NCBI GenBank assembly: GCA_046290225.1
Contig: JBKAGE010000035.1
Span: 256,001-320,000, forward strand
Direction: 5' to 3'
DNA: 64,000 nucleotides
Source: Bradymonadia bacterium
GTDB taxonomy: Bacteria > Myxococcota_A > Bradymonadia > UBA7976 > UBA1532
Part shown: positions 19,601 through 29,424 of the stretch, piece by piece
Numbering within the stretch: position 1 is the first letter of the stretch
How the letters are laid out: each line of letters starts with the position of its first letter
The notes under the pieces: model-generated
Told to the model about the DNA's origin: nothing
Seen by the model: only the letters and a program-made list of their open reading frames with translations
Database searches by the model: none
Made by a program: the position numbers and the translations under genes

Positions 19601-20238
19601 TCGCCCACGAAGGGGTTCGTCTTCCGCTCGTGGCCGAAGGTCGAAGTGGGCCCGTGCCCGCAGATGAAGGTGATGTCGTCCCCCAGCGGGAACAGCCGAT
19701 CCCGAATACTCGACTTCAAGTCTTCGAAGTTCCCCCGAGGAAAGTCGGTGCGGCCGATGCTGCCCTTGAAGAGCACGTCGCCGACGACGGCCAGCTTCGC
19801 CTCGGGCTGCACGAAGACCACGTGCCCTGGGGTGTGCCCCGGGCAGTGGAACACCTGGAACTCCACCTCGCCGACCTGCACCGTGTCGCCCTGATCCAGC
19901 CACCGCGTCGGCGTAAAGGCCTCTGCGTGCCCAAAGCCAAAGCGGGAGGCCTGCATGGGCAGCAGATCGATCCAGAACTGGTCTTCTTTGTGAGGGCCGA
20001 TGACATCGACACCCGACTTGCGCTGCAGCTCGGCGGTGGCGCCGGCATGATCCAGGTGAGCGTGGGTGATCCAGATGGCGCTCAGCGTGCCACCCATCTC
20101 TTCGATGGCCGCCTCGACCCGGTCGAGATCGCCACCCGGGTCGATGACCACGCACTGGTTGGTGGCGGTGCACTGGATGACGCTGCAGTTTTGTTGAAAT
20201 GGGGTCACGGGGACGATGGCGAGTTTGAGTGCGGACAT
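19588..20238 (-). CDS. MBL-fold metallo-hydrolase (YcbL/GloC, glyoxalase II-like)
   Basis: PVTPFQQNC, THAHLDH, PGHTPGH, GDVLFKGSIGRTDFP, GHGPTST. Confidence 0.92.
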   Translation of the reverse strand: MSALKLAIVPVTPFQQNCSVIQCTATNQCVVIDPGGDLDRVEAAIEEMGGTLSAIWITHAHLDHAGATAELQRKSGVDVIGPHKEDQFWIDLLPMQASRFGFGHAEAFTPTRWLDQGDTVQVGEVEFQVFHCPGHTPGHVVFVQPEAKLAVVGDVLFKGSIGRTDFPRGNFEDLKSSIRDRLFPLGDDITFICGHGPTSTFGHERKTNPFVGDQAV

Positions 20239-20317
20239 GAGGGTGCTCGAAGATGGCCTGTTCAGGGGGGCATTCTCTCACACCACGCGTGTGCAGGCAC
20301 TTCGAGATATGGCTTGG

Positions 20318-22156
20318 TCAAAGTGCGCGACCCACGACCCCGCGGATAAGCCCTGACTTGTCACCGCAGTCATAACGCTCCGCCGCCATCAGCGTCGACA
20401 CCGACCGGTGAGGCTCTGCGTCGAGGGCCTGAGCCTTCAAGTGCCCGCAAATGCGCTCGTGCTCTGCCGCAATGATGTCGAACACCCGGCCCGCCAGCCG
20501 CCGTGAGAGTTCCACCTGTATCGCGCTGCGAGTGGGCATGCGCAGGGGATCACCTTCGACGTTGTATTGGGGCTCCGGGTCTACCTCTCGATCGCTGGCT
20601 TCGAACTGCACCCGTGCAGTGAGGGTATGAGGGTACAGGCCTTTAACCGTCACCTCTGCGGCGAGGCGGGCGCTCAAGCTCACGTGGCGGATCGCGTACA
20701 CGTGATCACGCCAGACCTCTTCCTGCAGCGTAGGGGGCACCGACGACAGGCCTGCGCCGCAATCAGAGAGCTTTCGGCTGCTGTTGCAGATGCTCGGGCG
20801 TCGACAGTAAGGCACAGAGCGGTTGTTGGCCCGGGCCTCGGCCTGGCGCGCTTCACAGCTGCGAAACGTCGTCATGTCATTGTCGTACTGGCGCTGGCAG
20901 CGCTCATAGTCCGAGGTGCTGTTCTGACAGCGGCGCTCAGCGTCGAGATAGGCGGGGTTGGGCACTTCACGGTGACCGGCGAGGTAGGTCGATCGGCCCT
21001 CGGTCATGTCTTCGCGGCGATCAGTGACCATATCGGCAGGGATGTGCACCTCGACGGCGAACCCTGGCTGGCTCACGGCCCTGCTGGATGCGCCCTTGCT
21101 CACCTCGACCCGAGCCCACTGGGCGATCTGGTCTGCTCGGCGTTTCACCGACTGTGACGTATGGAACACGAAGTCACCGAGGCTCTCCCGGCCCTTGATC
21201 TTCACGCTGACGGGAAGCGCAGGTGTGTCGCGCCTCTCTCTGGCGACGCGCGCTCTCGCTTTGCTGGTGATGGCCAGGTTGCCGTACAGCCGATCAACAG
21301 CCATGGCGAAGTGGCTGAGATCTGCGCCTTCGAGTCGGCCCCTTTCCAGGGTTTCGCCGACCCAGCGGTCGAGGTGGCGACGGGCGTGTACTCGGGCCAC
21401 GTCGCAGCTCTGAGCCACAGGGTGCTCAGCGGGCCAGCGGGCCTTGCGCACATAATCCATGCAGTCTGCGAGCGTGCTCACAGAGCGCGAGGAGGCACCC
21501 GCGAGACCATCGAGGGCGCGCCTCAGCGTGGCGACGGGGGCTTCGAGGGCTTTGTCGGGGCACCAGTTCGACGCCTTCTCCAGGGCGGTGAGCCCCGGGC
21601 GCAGGCGAGCAAAGCGAGGGGCCACATCACCATTGCTCGAATCACCCATGCCCGCAGGGGCTGCCTCGGCGAGGCGTCGATCCGCCGTGGTGGAGAAGTA
21701 GGTGCAGACCTGATCTTTCTGATCGCGAATCAACGCGCGCACGATGGGCAAGGCGCGATGAGCAAGGGCACGATGCAGACGCTCGGCTCTGCACCCAGCC
21801 TCGTCACCGCACTGGGCCGTCTCGGAGAGCGCTGCCACCTCGACGCGATATTGAGTCTTGCCTAGTGGGCAAGGCGGCACGGACTGGCTGGAGAGTACAC
21901 GGGCGGCACCCTGCAAATCGCCGGTGCTGATCAACCGCTCGACGCGTGCCTCGGTCTTCTTTTGAAGGGTGCCGCAAATCTCTCTGATGAAGGCGCGGCA
22001 GCCATCGTCATCTCGGTACCCGTCACACTCTTCGGCAGCATAGGCGTAGACATCAGGGGCCTTCGCCGAGCCCTGCACCAAGTCCTGGTAGGATGGCCCG
22101 CATGCAGTGAGCAGCCACAGCATCGCCACAGAAACAGCCATTCGAATGTGCATCAT
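20318..22156 (-). CDS. Hypothetical Cys-containing lipoprotein (612 aa)
   Basis: Signal peptide with lipobox LTAC; long ORF filling the gap between the MBL gene and rmlD; no family recognised. Confidence 0.65.
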   Translation of the reverse strand: MMHIRMAVSVAMLWLLTACGPSYQDLVQGSAKAPDVYAYAAEECDGYRDDDGCRAFIREICGTLQKKTEARVERLISTGDLQGAARVLSSQSVPPCPLGKTQYRVEVAALSETAQCGDEAGCRAERLHRALAHRALPIVRALIRDQKDQVCTYFSTTADRRLAEAAPAGMGDSSNGDVAPRFARLRPGLTALEKASNWCPDKALEAPVATLRRALDGLAGASSRSVSTLADCMDYVRKARWPAEHPVAQSCDVARVHARRHLDRWVGETLERGRLEGADLSHFAMAVDRLYGNLAITSKARARVARERRDTPALPVSVKIKGRESLGDFVFHTSQSVKRRADQIAQWARVEVSKGASSRAVSQPGFAVEVHIPADMVTDRREDMTEGRSTYLAGHREVPNPAYLDAERRCQNSTSDYERCQRQYDNDMTTFRSCEARQAEARANNRSVPYCRRPSICNSSRKLSDCGAGLSSVPPTLQEEVWRDHVYAIRHVSLSARLAAEVTVKGLYPHTLTARVQFEASDREVDPEPQYNVEGDPLRMPTRSAIQVELSRRLAGRVFDIIAAEHERICGHLKAQALDAEPHRSVSTLMAAERYDCGDKSGLIRGVVGRAL

Positions 22157-22206
22157 CAGTGGTCCTGTTATCTTCCCTCTCCGGATACGTTCACCGGAGC
22201 CCCAAC

Positions 22207-23109
22207 ATGCAACCCATCCTCATCACAGGTGCACATGGCCAGCTCGGTTGGGCCTTGCAGAGCGCAGTGGCTCCGTTGGGACCCGTGGCAGCTCTCGACC
22301 GGCAGGGACTCGATCTATCAGACCATCGCGCCATCGCCGAGACCATCGCCGAGCTCAAACCCTCGGTGGTGCTCAACGCTGGTGCCTACACCGCTGTCGA
22401 CAAAGCCGAAGAGGCCCCTGCCCGGGCCATGGCCATCAACGGCACCGCCCCCGGCGTAATCGCCGAAGCCGCCAAGGCCGTTGATGCCGCCGTTGTGCAC
22501 TTCAGCACCGACTATGTCTTCAGCGGCACGGGCATCTCCGACCACAGCGGGGCCCTGCGACCCTATGTGGAGTCCGATCCCGTCGCGCCGATCAACACCT
22601 ATGGCCAGAGCAAGCTCGCCGGAGAGCTGGCCATCGATGCCGTAGGCGGGCGCTGGACCACACTGCGCCTCGCCTGGATATACGACGGCACCCGCGGACA
22701 AAACTTCTTGCGAACGATGCTGAGGCTGGGGGCCAGCCACCCTGAGCTGTCTGTGGTGGAAGACCAACGGGGCGCCCCCACCTGGGTTCGACCTGTGGCT
22801 GCCGCTGTAGCGCAGATCACCGCAGCGCATTTGCGCGGTGACGAGGCCGCTCAAGGGTTGTTCCACCTGCCAGCGGGTGGTCAAACCACCTGGTTCGAAT
22901 ATGCACAGCACATCTTCAAGCGTGCCGCCCCTCGGCTGATCGCCCAGTCGCCTGTGGTGAAGCCGGTCTCCAGCGAGGCCTGGCCCACGCCGGCGGCGCG
23001 TCCTCGTTACTCAGTGATGTCGGGCGATTTGCTCGCCGAACGGCTGGGCTTGCGATTGCCCCACTGGCAGGCCCAGCTCGACCTCGCCCTCGGGGAGATC
23101 ACAGGCTGA
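22207..23109 (+). CDS. rmlD: dTDP-4-dehydrorhamnose reductase
   Basis: ITGAHGQLG, AYTAVDKAE, STDYVF, YGQSKLAGE, DQRGAPT, PTPAARPRYS. Confidence 0.95.
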   Translation: MQPILITGAHGQLGWALQSAVAPLGPVAALDRQGLDLSDHRAIAETIAELKPSVVLNAGAYTAVDKAEEAPARAMAINGTAPGVIAEAAKAVDAAVVHFSTDYVFSGTGISDHSGALRPYVESDPVAPINTYGQSKLAGELAIDAVGGRWTTLRLAWIYDGTRGQNFLRTMLRLGASHPELSVVEDQRGAPTWVRPVAAAVAQITAAHLRGDEAAQGLFHLPAGGQTTWFEYAQHIFKRAAPRLIAQSPVVKPVSSEAWPTPAARPRYSVMSGDLLAERLGLRLPHWQAQLDLALGEITG

Positions 23110-23204
23110 AGCCAGAGGGTCGAGCGCCTCTCTGACTTCAAGGCTGGCCACCGGGGTCGTTTTGTTGGAGTCTCGTGACGCCCGAGTGCGGAGTGAACAG
23201 GTTT

Positions 23205-24860
23205 ATGCACGCGTACATTCGATCGTGGAGTGGGCTGCTTCTGAGCCTTGTGCTGGTGTGCAGCGCCCATGCTCAGAGCCCCACCGAGAGCCCGACACCA
23301 GCCGTGGAGACACCGCCAGAGACGGCTGTCGCAGCACCTGAGTCGAAGTCAGCTGAGTCAACGACACCTGAGGCGGCGCCATCTGAGTCGGGCTCACCTG
23401 ACACGCCACCGGCTGAAGGCCAGTCTGAGGCAACAGAGCCAACAACGGCGGCACCAGCGGAGGCATCTCCGCCGGCTCAGGCTGCAACGGTGGAGCGCAC
23501 CGAGGCGACCCCCGCGGCTGAAGAGAAGGCCGATCCGGCATCTGAGGTGGATCTCTCCGACGCCCCACCTGCAGATCAAGCGGGGGGCATCGCGGTGCCC
23601 GAAGATCACAGCGTACGGAACGGGCTGCTCTGGGTGCCCAGAGTGCTGCTGTTTCTGCCGAGGTGGGCGCTGGAGCTGGCTTTTGTGCCGCTCCGAGCCG
23701 TCGCCTGGGCCTTCGAGCGTCTCGACTACGTGGTCACCATCTTCACCGACTTCTTCTTCACTGAAGATCGGCGCTTCGGGGCCTACCCCACCGCCCTCTT
23801 CGAGACCGGCTTCGGTCTCAACATCGGCGCTCGGGTCGAGGGCAATGATCTCTTGGGCTATGGCGAAAAATACCGTCTGCGGGCGGGTTTCGGCGGTGAG
23901 TTCCGGCAGATCTATCAGTTCCGCTTCACCAGCGGGAGCCTGCTCGGCGATCGATTCAACCTCGAGCTGCAAGCCCGATACAACATCGCTCCGGGTCGGC
24001 CTTTCTACGGCATCGGCAACGGCGACATCACCGAGTTCGAGGCCGGTGATCCCGTGAGCGATCCTCTGGGTGGTGTGGCGATCAACACCCGCTACCGTGA
24101 GAACCGCCTGCGGTGGGGCGCCCTGTTGAGTGCTTCTGCAGGGCCCTTCAACTTCAGGTTGGGTCACATCTGGCAGATCAGGACCTTCGCCCAGACCCCC
24201 TCGGACACGGCCACGGTACTCACTGAAGCCTATGACCAGTCCCGACTCGTGGGGTACGCCGAGGAGCTCTTCAACGTTTATAACGAGCTGGCCATCACCT
24301 TCAGCACGCTGAAGCCCGCTCACCCCTGGATCTCCAGGGCCACCCCCTCGACGGGCTGGCAAATCACCACCTTCGCCGGCCACACCAAGGGGGTCACCGA
24401 CGATCCCTCGGATTACATCCGCACCGGCATCGACATCGAGCGCTACATCAACCTGGCCTTCGGTGATCGTGTCTTGCTGCTGCGGGGTTTCATCGACACC
24501 ACCATCGGCACTCGGGAGCACATCCCCTTCGACAGCTACCCCATGCTCGGGGGCGGGCAGTTCCTGAGAGGCTACCCCGTGGACCGGTTCCGAGATCGCG
24601 TCGCCGGCCAGCTGACCGCCGAGTACATGTACGCCCTCAACCAGAACCTCGCGACCTACCTGTTCACCGACATCGGGCGGGTCTGGGAAGAGCCCAGCGC
24701 CATGCAGTGGCAGAACATGCGGCAGACCTACGGCGGCGGGGTGCAGTTCCACTCTCTCGAGAGCTTCGTCTTCCGGTTCCAGGTGGCCGCCTCTGAGGAG
24801 GGTGACCTCTTCTTCGTGTTCAACATCAACCCCATCCAGCAGACCCGGGCGAGATTTTGA
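23205..24860 (+). CDS. Omp85/BamA-TamA family outer-membrane beta-barrel protein
   Basis: Signal peptide, Pro/Ala/Glu/Thr-rich linker, amphipathic beta strands, LGGGQFLRGYPVDRFRD (RGF-type loop), terminal Phe. Confidence 0.8.
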   Translation: MHAYIRSWSGLLLSLVLVCSAHAQSPTESPTPAVETPPETAVAAPESKSAESTTPEAAPSESGSPDTPPAEGQSEATEPTTAAPAEASPPAQAATVERTEATPAAEEKADPASEVDLSDAPPADQAGGIAVPEDHSVRNGLLWVPRVLLFLPRWALELAFVPLRAVAWAFERLDYVVTIFTDFFFTEDRRFGAYPTALFETGFGLNIGARVEGNDLLGYGEKYRLRAGFGGEFRQIYQFRFTSGSLLGDRFNLELQARYNIAPGRPFYGIGNGDITEFEAGDPVSDPLGGVAINTRYRENRLRWGALLSASAGPFNFRLGHIWQIRTFAQTPSDTATVLTEAYDQSRLVGYAEELFNVYNELAITFSTLKPAHPWISRATPSTGWQITTFAGHTKGVTDDPSDYIRTGIDIERYINLAFGDRVLLLRGFIDTTIGTREHIPFDSYPMLGGGQFLRGYPVDRFRDRVAGQLTAEYMYALNQNLATYLFTDIGRVWEEPSAMQWQNMRQTYGGGVQFHSLESFVFRFQVAASEEGDLFFVFNINPIQQTRARF

Positions 24861-24874
24861 AGCAGGAGGCCAAC

Positions 24875-26566
24875 ATGCAATTCACACGTCTCGTAGTCAT
24901 GACGGGCCTGCTGTGGGGCCTCGTGGGATGTGGCGGCGCCGTGAGCGAGCTCCGCTTCGAAAACGCCCCGCCGGTCTGGCAGGTGAACGATCGCCTCGAC
25001 GTGCCCGAGAAGCCGCCCGAGCGTGAGTTCGCGCGCTATCAGTACTATCTCGACGCCTACCTCACCCGGAACCTGCCCCGGTACATGTCGGTCCCGGTGC
25101 CCACCCACGCCCTCGACGTGAACAGCTTCGACGAGGTGCCCGACTCGACATGGTTCGTGAACCGGGTGGGCGTGCGCGACGTGAGCCCCGACGAGATCAG
25201 GCAGGGGCCCAACACCGATGATCCCGAGCCGCCATGGGAGATCCTGAGCAGCAAGGTGGGGGGCAAGTCACTGGGCTTCTTGATCCGAGACGCCAGGGGC
25301 CGCCGCTACCTGCTCAAGTTCGATGCCCCTGGCCACCCCGAAGTGGAGACAGGGGCCGATGTCGTAGCCCAGCGCCTGTTCTGGGCCCTGGGCTATCACG
25401 TGCCTGAGGACTCGGTGGTGTTCTTCACCCCCGATCAGCTGACCTTGAAGAAGGGCGCCTACCAAAAAGACATCTTCGGCAACAAGTTGCCTCTCGAGCA
25501 GGCACAGATCGATCGACAAATGAACTCGCTGCCGGTGATGGCCGATGGCCGCCGCCGAGCCCTCGCGAGCAAGTTCCTCGATGGTGTCCCCATCGGCGGC
25601 TACGCCCAGGAAGGCGTGCGAGAGGAAGATCCCAACGACACGATCCCCCACGAAGATCGCCGCGTGATCCGGGGGCAGTACATCTTCTTCTCATGGCTGC
25701 GCCACACCGACATCAAGGAAGATAACTGGCTGGACATGTGGGCCGAGTCACCGGACGGGAAGAGCCACTACATCGTGCACTACCTGCTCGACTTCGGTAA
25801 GGCCCTCGGCGTGATGAGCCGCCAGAACCGCCAGCCCTTCGACGGCTACACCTACGTCGCCATGGACTACCCCCAGATCCTGGCCAGCTTCTTCAGCCTG
25901 GGCCTGTGGGTGCGCCCCTGGGAGGGCTGGACCGCCTACCGCCCCCACGGCGCCGGTGACTTCGACATCGAGCACTTCCACCCCGGCGAGTTCAAGGTGC
26001 GCCAGCCCTTCACCCCGTTCTTGCGGCGAGATCGGGCAGACGACTTCTGGGGCGCCAAGCTGCTCATGCGCCTCACCGAGCCGCAGATCCGCGCCGCCGT
26101 GGAGATGGGCCGCTACAGTCAGCAGGAGACCACGGACTACCTCGTGAAGACCCTCGTGGGCCGACAGCGCAAGATCGGCAGCTACTGGTTCCAGTTCATG
26201 GCCCCCCTCGATCAGTTCACCGTGAAGCAGGACACCTTCTGCTTCGATGATCTGCAGCTGCTCTACACGCTGCCGGCCTGGGATGAAGACGTAGATCTGA
26301 GCAAGACCCGCTACACCGCCCGCAGCTACGACTATGCCGGCGGGTCGACCTCGTGGTCCGCCGAGGCGACACCCAACGCCGAGGGCCACGCCTGCCTCAA
26401 GGGCCTCGAGGCCGCAAGCGACGACCACGATGGCTATACGATCCTGGAGATCACCACGACCCGCGGCGATGACACGATGCCCCCGGTCTTCGTCCACCTC
26501 GCCCGGCCCAAGGGTGAGGCAGAGCGACCCCTCTCGGTCATCGGCATTCGGCGAGAGAGCCGGTAA
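24875..26566 (+). CDS. Lipoprotein with atypical kinase-like motifs
   Basis: CAGGAGG RBS; lipobox LVGC; KVGGKSLGF, YLLKFD, HTDIKEDN, LLDFG. Confidence 0.65.
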   Translation: MQFTRLVVMTGLLWGLVGCGGAVSELRFENAPPVWQVNDRLDVPEKPPEREFARYQYYLDAYLTRNLPRYMSVPVPTHALDVNSFDEVPDSTWFVNRVGVRDVSPDEIRQGPNTDDPEPPWEILSSKVGGKSLGFLIRDARGRRYLLKFDAPGHPEVETGADVVAQRLFWALGYHVPEDSVVFFTPDQLTLKKGAYQKDIFGNKLPLEQAQIDRQMNSLPVMADGRRRALASKFLDGVPIGGYAQEGVREEDPNDTIPHEDRRVIRGQYIFFSWLRHTDIKEDNWLDMWAESPDGKSHYIVHYLLDFGKALGVMSRQNRQPFDGYTYVAMDYPQILASFFSLGLWVRPWEGWTAYRPHGAGDFDIEHFHPGEFKVRQPFTPFLRRDRADDFWGAKLLMRLTEPQIRAAVEMGRYSQQETTDYLVKTLVGRQRKIGSYWFQFMAPLDQFTVKQDTFCFDDLQLLYTLPAWDEDVDLSKTRYTARSYDYAGGSTSWSAEATPNAEGHACLKGLEAASDDHDGYTILEITTTRGDDTMPPVFVHLARPKGEAERPLSVIGIRRESR

Positions 26567-26570
26567 GGCC

Positions 26571-27629
26571 ATGCGAGCGCTCGTCATCCTCCTGCTGTTC
26601 AGCGCACTCTCCTGCCGCAGCAACATCAGGCAGAAGGTGGTCCCCGTCGATCCCGGCCAGATGACGAGCTTGTACGCACACCACGAAGGCAAAGAGCGTC
26701 TCGTCATCCTGAACTATGGCGACGCTGGTGATCCGTCCAACGGTGAGTACCAGCAGATGACCGCGAACTTGATGCACGCGATCTGCCAGGCCAAGCAGTG
26801 TGACTTCGCCCTGGTGAACGGCGACAACATCTACGAGCGTGGGGTCTCCTCAGAGGACGACGATGCGTTCCTGAGCCATTTCGAGAACATCTACGAGAAG
26901 TTCGGGCGCTTCGACTTCTGGTCCGTGCTTGGGAACCACGACTGGCGCCTGAGCGCTCAGGGCGAGGTGAACTACACGCTCAAGTCCACGCGCTGGCGTA
27001 TGCCCCACGCGTGGTTCGAGGTGCCCGCGTTGCCCGACTGGATCACGATCTTCGGCCTCGACACGACCATCATCCACACGCGGATCAAGCTCGACGACCC
27101 AAAACAGACCAATGAGTGGGAGGCCCGCGTCGCCGAGCAGCATGCATCTGCGAAGCGGGCGCTGTGCAATGGCAAGGGCGGCTGGAAGCTGATCTTCAGC
27201 CACCACTTCCACTACACGAGCAGCGTGAAACGGATCGGCGACAATAACCGGAACATGCACCAGCTCATCGATCCGCTGATCCGAGAGTGCGGCGTACAGG
27301 TGTTCTCGGCGGGACACGATCATCACCTCGAGTTGTTGCACGTCGACTCCAACGCGAGCGCGTTCGAAGAGCATGGCCCGTATGTGCAAATCATCAGTGG
27401 GGCAGGGGGCCGCAAAGTGCGCGAGCTTGTTCCTTCAGATGACCCGAGGGTGAAGGATCGCAAAGGGGTGCATCAGCGCTTCGCCCGGCAGCAATACGGG
27501 TTCAACCTGCTCATCTTCACCCCCGACACGCTCACCATCGAGTTCTACACAATCGACCAGCCTGATCAGACGCCGGTCCATACCGAGACCTACCACCTGT
27601 CCGACTTCGAAAAAGACACACTCCAATGA
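26571..27629 (+). CDS. Metallophosphoesterase (purple acid phosphatase-like) lipoprotein
   Basis: Lipobox ALSC; GDAG, GDNIY, GNHD, FSHH, GHDH, SGAGG. Confidence 0.9.
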   Translation: MRALVILLLFSALSCRSNIRQKVVPVDPGQMTSLYAHHEGKERLVILNYGDAGDPSNGEYQQMTANLMHAICQAKQCDFALVNGDNIYERGVSSEDDDAFLSHFENIYEKFGRFDFWSVLGNHDWRLSAQGEVNYTLKSTRWRMPHAWFEVPALPDWITIFGLDTTIIHTRIKLDDPKQTNEWEARVAEQHASAKRALCNGKGGWKLIFSHHFHYTSSVKRIGDNNRNMHQLIDPLIRECGVQVFSAGHDHHLELLHVDSNASAFEEHGPYVQIISGAGGRKVRELVPSDDPRVKDRKGVHQRFARQQYGFNLLIFTPDTLTIEFYTIDQPDQTPVHTETYHLSDFEKDTLQ

Positions 27630-28810
27630 CTCAGATCCCTGCCGGCTTCCGGCTCTCTGGCCTGCACTGCGGCATCAAAAAGAACGGCGCCCTCGATCTG
27701 GGGCTCATCGTTTGTGACTCGGGCACGATCTGCGCCGGCGTCTACACCACCAACCTCGTGGTGGCGGCTCCGGTGGTCCTGAGCCGAACGCGTCTGCAGG
27801 CGAGCGCCGAGGTGGGGGCGGTCATCGTCAACAGCGGCAACGCCAACGCCTGTACCGGCGATCAGGGCATGTCCGACGCAGAAGACATGACCGCCGCGGT
27901 GGGGGCGCTGCTCGATGTCGATCCGGCAGCAGTGCAGGTGTGCAGCACCGGCGTGATCGGCGCGCCCTTGCCCATGGCCGTGATCACCGAGGGGCTGCCC
28001 CAGGTGGTCGAGGCGGCGACGGCCGAGGGTTTGCCGGCCTTCGCCGAAGCCATCATGACCACGGATACCCGCCCCAAGCACCGTACGGTCTCGGGTGAGA
28101 TCGCCGGCCGCACGATCACCGTGGCGGGGACCTGCAAAGGGGCGGGCATGATCCACCCCAACATGGCCACGATGCTGGCGTTCCTGCTCACCGACGCGCC
28201 CATCGCCGCAGCTGATCTGCAATCGATCTGGGCTCGAGTGTGCACGCGCACCTTCAACGCCATCACGGTGGACGGCGACACCAGCACCAACGACACGGCG
28301 CTGCTGCTGGCGAGCGGCGCTGCAGGCGGTGAAGCCCTGACAGGTGCTGATCTCGAAGCCTTTGAGGCGCTGGTGGAGCCCATCGCCCGCGAGCTGGCTC
28401 TGGACATCATCCGCGACTCCGAAGGGGGCACGAAGACGGTGGCCATCACGGTCTCTGGTGCCGCATCGACCGCCGAGGCACGGCAGGCAGCGCAGACGAT
28501 CGCCCTGAGCCCGCTGGTGAAGACGGCCATCCACGGCGAAGATCCGAACTGGGGCCGCATCGTCGCCGCAGCAGGCCGCGCCGGCGTGCAGATCGCGCCT
28601 GATCGCGTGAGTGTGCGCATCGACGATGTGGTGATTTACGCGGAAGGGGTCTGGCAAGGCCCCGAATCAGAAGCCCGGGCCCACACGATCATGAAGACGC
28701 CGGAGTATCCGATTCAGATCGACCTGGGGGTGGGTGAGGCCAGCTCGACGGTGTTCACCTGCGATTTCAGCAAGGGGTACATCGACATCAACGCCTCTTA
28801 TCGATCCTAA
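27626..28810 (+). CDS. argJ: Ornithine acetyltransferase/N-acetylglutamate synthase
   Basis: NSGNANACTG, STGVIG, IMTTDT, KGAGMIHPNMATML, DGDTSTND, DPNWGR. Confidence 0.97.
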   Translation: MTQIPAGFRLSGLHCGIKKNGALDLGLIVCDSGTICAGVYTTNLVVAAPVVLSRTRLQASAEVGAVIVNSGNANACTGDQGMSDAEDMTAAVGALLDVDPAAVQVCSTGVIGAPLPMAVITEGLPQVVEAATAEGLPAFAEAIMTTDTRPKHRTVSGEIAGRTITVAGTCKGAGMIHPNMATMLAFLLTDAPIAAADLQSIWARVCTRTFNAITVDGDTSTNDTALLLASGAAGGEALTGADLEAFEALVEPIARELALDIIRDSEGGTKTVAITVSGAASTAEARQAAQTIALSPLVKTAIHGEDPNWGRIVAAAGRAGVQIAPDRVSVRIDDVVIYAEGVWQGPESEARAHTIMKTPEYPIQIDLGVGEASSTVFTCDFSKGYIDINASYRS

Positions 28811-29042
28811 AGAACTGACCGAGAGTCGAGTTGGCCAATCACGGAGGTGGTGGCTGAGCCCTTGTAGGCAGTCATCGCTTCGCTCTGCCTGCGTAGGCAG
28901 CTGCCGACGGCCGGCCTTCGGCCCGCCTTGGAGCTGCGTACACGTTCGGGCATCCGCTCGCGCGGACACCCTTTCGGGTAGGCAGGGTCGCTCAATGCTG
29001 ACGCATTGATTGCTCGCTCCCCTGCGTACAGAGCTTCTTCTG
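28807..29042 (+). repeat. Structured ~235-bp repeat element, copy 1 (REP/MITE-like or ncRNA)
   Basis: Reverse-complement homolog of 29155-29391; 54-bp identical core 28842-28895; several hairpins; three GTAGGCAG motifs. Confidence 0.85.
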
Positions 29043-29154
29043 TATCTTGTTGCTGAACCCCGCCGGGATTCGACCTACCGCGAACCTGCAAGCTCCTGAG
29101 TCCCAACGCTTGGCGAAAGCCCCAACAGCATTGGGGGTGCCCTCAAAGCCACAC

Positions 29155-29391
29155 CAGAACTGACTTTTTACGCAGGGGAGCGAGCGAGAAGGGCGTAGCC
29201 CTGAGCGACCCTGCCTACCCGGGAAGGTGCCTGCCTCAGCAGGTGCCTGAACGTGTACGCGACCGACGAGGTTGCCCGAAGGGCGACCGAAGGCCGGGCG
29301 CTTACGCAGGCAGAGCGAAGCGATGACTGCCTACAAGGGCTCAGCCACCACCTCCGCGACTGGCCTATTCGACTCTTGGTCAGATTTCTAG
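29155..29391 (-). repeat. Structured ~235-bp repeat element, copy 2 (inverted)
   Basis: Core 29303-29356 is the exact reverse complement of 28842-28895; ends CAGAACTGAC...GTCAGATTTCTAG resemble imperfect terminal inverted repeats. Confidence 0.85.
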
Positions 29392-29424
29392 AGCACCATG
29401 AGGTTCCACCGCTCTGCAACGGCA

